Virus record (IMG/VR): IMGVR_UViG_3300005236_000140 | Span: 1 to 5,607 of that record | Reading direction: 5' to 3' (one strand) | DNA: 5,607 nt | Shown here: in pieces, positions 1 to 5,607 of the stretch | Layout: the number at the start of each line of letters is the position of its first letter | Numbering within the stretch: position 1 is the stretch's first letter | Position numbers and translations under genes: made by a program | The notes under the pieces: model-generated | What the model was told of the DNA's origin: nothing | What the model saw: the letters and a program-made list of their open reading frames with translations, nothing else | Database searches by the model: none

Positions 1-3000
1 TAGCTTGGCTTTTACCTGCTCTATGGAGAGGTTGATATTATCCATGGTGGAGAGCATTTCATCCCCTCTTTTTCTCCACAACTTTTCCACTTCACCCCAT
101 TTGTCAGCCTGTCTAAGGGCCTGGGCTTCCTCCATAGTTTGCCTCATCATCCGGTGAGGGATAAAAGCAGCAGTCTCGGACATGGTTTCATAGTTGGTAA
201 AGACTTCCATCAGGTCAGCTTTGGTATTGATAGGAAAGGCATCTAACTCCGAGGCTCGGAGACGGAAATTCTCAGCTACTTCATAGGGGTAATGCCTCAA
301 GTCCTCTATAGCGGTATCAGCTACCTGCTTAACAAAAGATTGGATATTATCTACGCTCCTAAGAACCTTACCTTCCTTGATTAACTGCTCGCCTAATGCC
401 TTAGCCCTAGGACTCAACAACTCTGCCTTCCTCAATATCTTAATCATTTCACCTTGCATTAGGGAGCCATCAGTCAATATGGATTTCAAAGCCAAGGCAT
501 CATCCACACTAGATAACAACCTCTTAGTCAGTTCTTGGGATAACTCCTCACTTGTCAATCCTAAAGCAGTTTTGGCTATTTTGGGTGGATTCTTACTCAA
601 TATACCTAAAGCTCTCCAAATGTCCTCACCAGCTACTTTGTAGGTATATTCAGCCAAATACTGCTGCATCTTGGTAGCCACAAAATTCCTCCTCAAAGCA
701 CCACCAGCCCAATCACTAACACCTAAGGTTAATTGCCTCCAGAATTTGGGTAACATACTCCAAGCACCTTTACGGTTAGAAGCTACTGTTTTGAAGATTC
801 CAGAAGGGTCACCACCAGGTCTTAGCTTTAAGGCTGGGTCACCTATCAAACCCTTAGTCAACATCTGATAAGCCTCATCCTTCATAAACTTTGGTATAAC
901 ACCTTCAATAAGGCTTACTCCAAGACCTTCAAAAACATTCCAAATGGGGTAGGCTATATTACCAAGATTGGCTTCGGCTAACGGCCTAACCCAGTACCTA
1001 GCTATGGCAGTTTGTAACCTGCTACGCTCCATCCTATCCACACCCCTCTGCATAGCCAACACCACACCTTCAAAGAAACTACCACTGGCTTGTGGCCCTC
1101 TCACCATGCTATTGGCTATAGCCTTTTGCCGTTTCATCATATAACCAATCATTTGCTCTACAGCACCTACTTTGGCAGCTTTACCAATCCTAATAACAGT
1201 ATCAACATCAGTGGCTTGCTTGGCTCCGAAGGCTATAATCTCCTTACCCAGTTTGGCTATGTTATCAGGAGTCTCCTCTATCATTAAGGCTCTAGCCATC
1301 CTAACGGCATTAAAATCCTTACTACCCTTTTTCATTATAAGGTCAGAGATAATATCGTTAACCTCGGATACTAGAGGGTCATCCACTACCTTCAACAATC
1401 CAGGAGGGGCCTTGGTACTACCAGGTTCTAGTAACTGTCCGGCATGGGTCTTACTCCAAGACCAGATTTGGTTGGCATCCAAAGCCTTATGACGGGCTAG
1501 GAAACCTCCAAGCTGAGTTATAGGGTCAATGTTATCTGGAGCAGTTTGAAAAGCCTTCCTAGCTGCTAATAGGGTTTGGGCTACATCATCCATTGTAGCC
1601 TGTCCTACTCCCTTACCACCAATAATCTTGCCAGTATTAACCTCTATAGCTTGGTGGAATTTCAGGACAAAATCATCCGACTGCTTGGCTACTAGCTGGG
1701 TAAAGGTTCTAGCCATACGTCCGGACTGGAAATACTTCATGGCAGTCCATGGAAAGTCTAAGGCAGCCCACATACCTCTATTAACAGCCAATATCTTACC
1801 ACCAAACATTTCAAGTCCGGCACCTACCAAATACTTGGTTGATAATATACTTTTACCGCCAGCCATCATAGCTCTACCTGTTGCTCCAAGGGCTACACCT
1901 GGAACCTTTAGCACCAAGCCAGGTGTATAGGTAAGTGGGTCCATAAATATTTCCAAGGGCAACTTGTAATACCATTCTACATCTAAATCTTCCCAAGCAG
2001 CACCAGCAGCCTGCCAAACACTCATTCCTGAGGCTCTATACTCGTTATAGGCTGTATCGGTATTATACTTATTGATAAACTTACCCCAGAAAAACTTGGC
2101 TGTCCAACCTACTATAGGATTAGCCCAATTCTTTATATAGGGTTGCATCAGGTTAGCCATCTGTTGCATAGGGCTTTGAACCATGAAAAAGGCTTTCTCA
2201 AAGAAAGTTTGGTCTGGAGGCTCCCACTCTCTAACTCCTGCCAATACCTCTTGCCTTGTTTTGTCCCATTCCTTATAGGATTCAGAGATAATACTAACTA
2301 TGGTATCATAATCCAAAACCTCTGATAGTACTTCTGGAGTTACTCCACCTGGCCCAGATAAACCTATAATACTGGCATAATGCATTAACTCCTCTTGAGT
2401 CATATCCTTGGGTAACTCAACCATGCCCGTAGCTGGCAGGGCTTTGAGTAACTCATCCACAGTTATACTCTGGAGACTAAGTTGGGGAGGTTTAGCTTTC
2501 TCCTCCAGGAAGGCTCTAACCACTGCTTCTTCCTCAGGGGGCACCTTCAACCAGTCTGGAACCTCCACCTTTTTAGCCTGTTGGGCAGATATAGCCCCTT
2601 CCATATCAGCTAGTAACTCTGGAGGTAATGTCCCAACTGGTATTTTAGCCATCCTCAGGTAATCATCTACCGAGGTAATGGCTTTGGCAGGGTCATCCTT
2701 GAAATATTGGAGGATATCCATATGGTCGTAAAACTGGGACATTAGGTTAGCATTGGCTGCATTGTTAACCGATTGCTCCATTTCAGATTTGGCCATTTTA
2801 GTCCCTGTTTCAGTATATTGTAATTGGGTTATGGGTACAAACTTGCCAGTAATAGGGTCTTTTATGCCACCACTGGATAATAGACGGCCAAAGACCTGGT
2901 ATGCTATAGTTTGCCAGATATTTTTACCAGCAGGAATTTCACTGATAGGGGTAAATCCAGGAACTTCTACCTTAGGTTCTTGAGTAGAAAACCTCTCAAC

Positions 3001-3093
3001 TTGTTTTGCCCACCATTCCCTACTTCTCTGGTATTCAGAAGGGTCAGGTTTTAGTAATTCCTCAAACACTTTTTCTTTCTCTGGTTCTGGCAT
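1..3093 (-). CDS. Giant phage protein (>=1031 aa, 3' end outside window); putative internal virion / DNA-ejection protein
   Basis: Not in the ORF track because its stop lies outside the window. Manual translation from ATG 3093 gives MPEPEKEKVFEELLKPDPSEYQRSREWWAKQ...DNINLSIEQVKAKL with no stop codon over 1031 codons. SD AAGGAG lies 7 nt upstream. It has a Pro/Glu-rich N-terminus, an EIFMDPLTYTPG motif (aa 381-392) followed by a Gly/Ala-rich hydrophobic stretch, a helical-looking remainder and no Cys. The CDS is near certain; the function is inferred from composition and its position after the portal. Confidence 0.85.
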   Translation of the reverse strand, partial: MPEPEKEKVFEELLKPDPSEYQRSREWWAKQVERFSTQEPKVEVPGFTPISEIPAGKNIWQTIAYQVFGRLLSSGGIKDPITGKFVPITQLQYTETGTKMAKSEMEQSVNNAANANLMSQFYDHMDILQYFKDDPAKAITSVDDYLRMAKIPVGTLPPELLADMEGAISAQQAKKVEVPDWLKVPPEEEAVVRAFLEEKAKPPQLSLQSITVDELLKALPATGMVELPKDMTQEELMHYASIIGLSGPGGVTPEVLSEVLDYDTIVSIISESYKEWDKTRQEVLAGVREWEPPDQTFFEKAFFMVQSPMQQMANLMQPYIKNWANPIVGWTAKFFWGKFINKYNTDTAYNEYRASGMSVWQAAGAAWEDLDVEWYYKLPLEIFMDPLTYTPGLVLKVPGVALGATGRAMMAGGKSILSTKYLVGAGLEMFGGKILAVNRGMWAALDFPWTAMKYFQSGRMARTFTQLVAKQSDDFVLKFHQAIEVNTGKIIGGKGVGQATMDDVAQTLLAARKAFQTAPDNIDPITQLGGFLARHKALDANQIWSWSKTHAGQLLEPGSTKAPPGLLKVVDDPLVSEVNDIISDLIMKKGSKDFNAVRMARALMIEETPDNIAKLGKEIIAFGAKQATDVDTVIRIGKAAKVGAVEQMIGYMMKRQKAIANSMVRGPQASGSFFEGVVLAMQRGVDRMERSRLQTAIARYWVRPLAEANLGNIAYPIWNVFEGLGVSLIEGVIPKFMKDEAYQMLTKGLIGDPALKLRPGGDPSGIFKTVASNRKGAWSMLPKFWRQLTLGVSDWAGGALRRNFVATKMQQYLAEYTYKVAGEDIWRALGILSKNPPKIAKTALGLTSEELSQELTKRLLSSVDDALALKSILTDGSLMQGEMIKILRKAELLSPRAKALGEQLIKEGKVLRSVDNIQSFVKQVADTAIEDLRHYPYEVAENFRLRASELDAFPINTKADLMEVFTNYETMSETAAFIPHRMMRQTMEEAQALRQADKWGEVEKLWRKRGDEMLSTMDNINLSIEQVKAKL

Positions 3094-3100
3094 ACCTCAA

Positions 3101-3106
3101 CTCCTT
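3101..3106 (-). promoter_or_regulatory. Shine-Dalgarno site (AAGGAG) of the giant ORF
   Basis: The minus strand reads TAAGGAG-TTGAGGT-ATG; the SD overlaps the TAA stop of the upstream small ORF. Confidence 0.8.
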
Positions 3107-3200
3107 ACCATAGGGTTAACCAAGGATAACCCCAAACAATATCATAGGCTAAAATACCAATTATAAGCCAATACAATATAATACCAATCCATAATCTCAA
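3105..3200 (-). CDS. Small single-pass membrane protein, 31 aa (MRLWIGIILYWLIIGILAYDIVWGYPWLTLW), or frameshift extension of the portal
   Basis: TTG start at 3200 with GGAG 9 nt upstream. It fills the portal/giant-ORF gap almost exactly, and its TAA overlaps the SD of the next gene, as at the other junctions. Residues ~3-24 are hydrophobic. Probably absent from the ORF track because of its short length. Confidence 0.6.
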   Translation of the reverse strand: MRLWIGIILYWLIIGILAYDIVWGYPWLTLW

Positions 3201-3201
3201 A

Positions 3202-4884
3202 TTAAAGTTCTCCAAGTCCTCTGGTAGGTTCAACAACCTCTCTTGGCATAACCTCTCTAAGAGGTTGTCGTGGTTGTTCTTGCCTCTGTTGAGGTTGCTG
3301 GACTAATCCTAACTCAGCCTCTACACTGGCTGCCAACTTCTCATATAGCTGGGCTGATGGAATATCTCCAGCCTCCCTCAATCTCTTGCTATGCTCTCTA
3401 TAGGCTATGATGGCATCTACCATAACAGCCTTAGGATGCATCATAGCTTCTTCCTCTCTAACCTGGGCTTGAGTTCTTAGGGCATCTTGAATCTCTGGGA
3501 ACATCCTATCCATTATCCAGCGTTGGGGAAGTTTGAAGGCAGGATTCAACATCCTGGCTATAGTAGCTCTCTGTACCATGTAGCCTGGTATCTGTATCTC
3601 ACTGGTTACTTTGAACCTAAATTCCTCCGGCACATTATCAGGCATTTCAAACTTATGGGGTTTGAGGTTATTTACTTTAATCATGTTATACCAGAAGTTA
3701 TCCACATCAGTTAAGCAGCCTTCTAAACCCTCTTGATAGGGAGTAAGCTGTTGCAGGGCACTAGAAGCAACATTAGCCATAGCCAAATAGCTTAACTGCT
3801 GTTGGAGATTACCATGCAGTACCCAGGGAAACATCCCTCTCTGAATCATGTTGGAATACTCAAACATAGCCGTTCTAAGCTCTACTGGTATGTTGGGAGG
3901 TTGGATAAAGCCTATATCATCATTGGGGCCCATCCTAAATATGGCTCCCCACTTATTCGTATTCTCCTCAGTTAGGATGGCAGTATCTCCAGTGGATTTT
4001 TCATACCACCTAGCCTGGGCAGCATTACGGCTGGATTGCTGTATAAAACTTAACATCTTGTTATAGGTTAGGGTCATTTGCTCGTTGGTAGCTACTATAG
4101 ACTCACCAAAGTGTTCCTGCCATTTCTTGCCTGTAGCTATAGCACCTTCATCCGGTAAGCCACCTACTGGAGAGGTAAAGACAGGTAGATAGGATTCTCC
4201 CGTCTTTTGTATCAGCCTGTTAATAGCTACATCCTTCTCGGGAGGTTTGACATATTCCTGTCCTAAGATAATGGCATTGGTAGCATCACCATCATCATCA
4301 AAACCCCAATAATCATAGAGGTTGGCATTGTTGGCTATTCTATTAATACTCCATCCTTGCAACTTTACTTTCCTATTAGCTTCGGCTGGTGTCATAGAAT
4401 AGATATGAGCCACTTCAATTAAACCATCAGAGCCAAAATCAGGATAAACCTCTATAGGGTTCCACACCTCAGCCCATAACTTGTCTTTGGTAACCATGGC
4501 AAATACTGAATACCAACCAGTGGCTAGCATAAGACTAATCATTTTGGACATAAACCTTTGCCTACCGCTGCGCCTATATCTCTCCTCCTCAGCTTGCCAC
4601 CTTTTGGTAATGTAACTTTCCAACTGGCTGGTGGCAGACACTTCTGCTGGTAACAATTCCTCTATTTCTATTTTGTGGCTAATAATACTGGATTGGAGGA
4701 GGAATCGGCCTAGGTTATATCCAGTCTTAGGGTCATTGGAAACAACTGACTCCATACCTTCCTGCTTTAACTCATCTTTAAGGGAAAGGATATCATACCA
4801 ATCTCGTATTTTCTTATTCCTAGTTGACCAATTAGCCTTGAGCTTACCACACTTCTGTATCAGGTCCGACGCCAATAATGCCAT
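3202..4884 (-). CDS. Phage portal (head-tail connector) protein, P22/podovirus-like
   Basis: 560-aa ORF with a strong SD (GGAGGT). Size and motif pattern resemble portals: N-terminal helix (NWSTRNKKIRDWYDIL), WNPIEVYPDFG wing-like segment, FGESIV followed by a long stem-like helix, and a helical/Gln-Pro-rich C-terminal tail. Recognised by pattern and context, not by search. Confidence 0.75.
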   Translation of the reverse strand: MALLASDLIQKCGKLKANWSTRNKKIRDWYDILSLKDELKQEGMESVVSNDPKTGYNLGRFLLQSSIISHKIEIEELLPAEVSATSQLESYITKRWQAEEERYRRSGRQRFMSKMISLMLATGWYSVFAMVTKDKLWAEVWNPIEVYPDFGSDGLIEVAHIYSMTPAEANRKVKLQGWSINRIANNANLYDYWGFDDDGDATNAIILGQEYVKPPEKDVAINRLIQKTGESYLPVFTSPVGGLPDEGAIATGKKWQEHFGESIVATNEQMTLTYNKMLSFIQQSSRNAAQARWYEKSTGDTAILTEENTNKWGAIFRMGPNDDIGFIQPPNIPVELRTAMFEYSNMIQRGMFPWVLHGNLQQQLSYLAMANVASSALQQLTPYQEGLEGCLTDVDNFWYNMIKVNNLKPHKFEMPDNVPEEFRFKVTSEIQIPGYMVQRATIARMLNPAFKLPQRWIMDRMFPEIQDALRTQAQVREEEAMMHPKAVMVDAIIAYREHSKRLREAGDIPSAQLYEKLAASVEAELGLVQQPQQRQEQPRQPLREVMPREVVEPTRGLGEL

Positions 4885-4889
4885 AATTA

Positions 4890-4895
4890 ACCTCC
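4890..4895 (-). promoter_or_regulatory. Shine-Dalgarno site (GGAGGT) of the portal gene
   Basis: The minus strand reads TAG-GGAGGT-TAATT-ATG, directly after the holin stop. Confidence 0.85.
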
Positions 4896-5084
4896 CTACT
4901 TACTTATCGGTTGGCTAGTAACAAACCTTAGGACTATGTTGATTATTGCCAGGATACTGGTAGCTAATGCAGCCTGAACCTCAACATCCAGTTCTATTCC
5001 AAATTGGCTGTTAAGGATTATAGCTACTATAGCCAAAAAGTTCACCCACAATGTCTTACTGGCGTACCAATGTTTACTTTCCAC
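4896..5084 (-). CDS. Holin-like small membrane protein (2 predicted TM helices)
   Basis: 62 aa, GTG start with SD AAGGAGGG. Two hydrophobic segments (TLWVNFLAIVAIIL; AALATSILAIINIVL) are joined by an acidic loop. The KxWYxSKTLWxN...NIxLRxxTxxPI pattern is one I recognise from small phage holin-like proteins. Confidence 0.7.
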   Translation of the reverse strand: MESKHWYASKTLWVNFLAIVAIILNSQFGIELDVEVQAALATSILAIINIVLRFVTSQPISK

Positions 5085-5088
5085 TTTA

Positions 5089-5096
5089 CCCTCCTT
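5089..5096 (-). promoter_or_regulatory. Shine-Dalgarno site (AAGGAGGG) of the holin-like gene
   Basis: The minus strand reads TAA-AAGGAGGG-TAAA-GTG, directly after the peptidase stop. Confidence 0.85.
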
Positions 5097-5576
5097 TTAT
5101 AATACCGCTCTATCTAGTTGGTACCCTTTTTCACCTACTTCAAATACCTCACCAGTTTGAGGTTCTACAACTACCCTCCTATCCTCTGCCCTAACAAGAT
5201 TAAAGGCATGATAGCCCATCGGAGTGTTACCTAACTGTATTGCACAATCATTTATGCCAAACTCAGAGGACATTAAACCCTTGAATAGGATTGCAAAATC
5301 ATCACAATCCATTCTTGCTTTCCTATATTTGGGGAATTTATAGACTTTCCTTATCCACTTAGTAGCCTCTTTTACTCCCCATAAAGTTGTATAGTAATAT
5401 GGCTCACCAGCATCCCATAATCCCATGGGAATGGCAATACCTAAATCCTGCATTTCCTTCTGGACTAATTGGGAATCATTCTCATAAAAGGTAATATCAG
5501 GCTTTCCTGCCTCAAATTCCTGTTCTCCAAAGGCTTTACAAATACCACAGGCTATATTCCTTATTAACTCTAACAT
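5097..5576 (-). CDS. Papain/transglutaminase-like cysteine peptidase related to the Marasmius oreades agglutinin (MOA) C-terminal domain
   Basis: Motifs DCDDFA (Cys codon 5304-5306), HAFN (His 5208-5210) and EPQ (Glu 5163-5165) match the order and spacing of the Cys-His-Glu triad of the MOA proteolytic domain. I prefer the ATG at 5576 (159 aa; TAATG overlap with an upstream stop, GGTGG 8 nt upstream) over the track's GTG at 5588. Confidence 0.75.
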   Translation of the reverse strand: MLELIRNIACGICKAFGEQEFEAGKPDITFYENDSQLVQKEMQDLGIAIPMGLWDAGEPYYYTTLWGVKEATKWIRKVYKFPKYRKARMDCDDFAILFKGLMSSEFGINDCAIQLGNTPMGYHAFNLVRAEDRRVVVEPQTGEVFEVGEKGYQLDRAVL

Positions 5577-5607
5577 TACCATTTCCACCCACTGCGACCA
5601 GCATATC
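5576..5607 (-). CDS. Probable C-terminal fragment of an upstream gene (...YAGRSGWKW*), possibly the terminase large subunit
   Basis: An open frame TAT GCT GGT CGC AGT GGG TGG AAA TGG TAA whose stop overlaps the next ATG (TAATG). Only 9 codons are visible; the terminase guess rests only on the usual terminase-portal gene order. Confidence 0.35.
   Translation of the reverse strand, partial: YAGRSGWKW

Larger units (their letters stand above)
1..5607 (-). mobile_element. Segment of a tailed phage / provirus genome (packaging and virion module)
   Basis: Co-oriented genes with gaps of 12 nt or less, including portal-like and holin-like genes and a giant virion-type protein; no cellular housekeeping genes. 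No att site or integrase is visible, so free phage and prophage cannot be told apart. Confidence 0.8.

Noticed and set aside
2821-2880. SSGGIKDPITGKFVPIT in the giant ORF resembles a plectin/plakin repeat motif
   Set aside because: Single copy only; DPxTG is a common beta-hairpin turn, so homology is unsupported.
1255-2975. Short repeated peptides in the giant ORF (KVEVP x2, LKVP x2, PITQL x2, PDNI x2)
   Set aside because: Irregular spacing and different codons; no periodicity like tape-measure repeats, so compatible with chance and compositional bias.
377-2983. Eight plus-strand ORFs (60-106 aa) in the ORF track
   Set aside because: All lie antisense to the uninterrupted 1031-codon minus-strand ORF, mostly start at TTG, and show no recognisable motifs; they read as antisense shadows.
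3142-3192. Alternative 16-aa minus-strand ORF MDWYYIVLAYNWYFSL
   Set aside because: It has an ATG but no well-spaced SD and leaves a gap; the 31-codon frame fits both junctions better and encodes a full TM helix.
3205-3300. Low-complexity Gln/Pro/Arg tract (QQPQQRQEQPRQPLREVMPREVV) at the portal C-terminus
   Set aside because: Not a regular DNA tandem repeat; disordered Gln-rich tails are common in podovirus-type portals.
4887-4898. Holin TAG stop followed two codons later by an in-frame TAA (possible TAG recoding or readthrough)
   Set aside because: The long ORFs contain no in-frame TAG or TGA, so there is no sign of an alternative genetic code; readthrough would add only three residues and not fuse to the portal.
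3487-4918. Plus-strand ORFs 3487-3714, 3848-4066 and 4631-4918
   Set aside because: Antisense to the portal gene, with no recognisable motifs or convincing start signals.
1-5607. CRISPR array, tRNA, structured ncRNA, terminators or att sites
   Set aside because: The window is almost entirely coding with gaps of 12 nt or less; no spaced direct repeats, cloverleaf or hairpin plus U-tract were seen.

Overview
This window looks like a tightly packed, minus-strand virion morphogenesis operon of a tailed (probably podovirus-like) bacteriophage or provirus. In transcription order (right to left) it holds: the probable last ~9 codons of an upstream gene (...YAGRSGWKW*); a ~160-aa papain/transglutaminase-like cysteine peptidase with the MOA agglutinin-type DCDDFA/HAFN/EPQ signature; a 62-aa two-TM holin-like protein; a 560-aa portal-like protein; an unannotated 31-codon Trp-rich membrane ORF; and a giant ORF missed by the ORF track (start 3093, open for 1031 codons to the window edge, no cysteine) that resembles an internal virion/DNA-ejection protein. 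The most notable signals are a possible +1 frameshift site (CTT-TAA) that would add a membrane anchor to the portal, a peptidase+holin pair that may be a non-canonical lysis cassette, no GATC site, and strong CpG depletion. All translations and counts were done by eye; no database searches were run.
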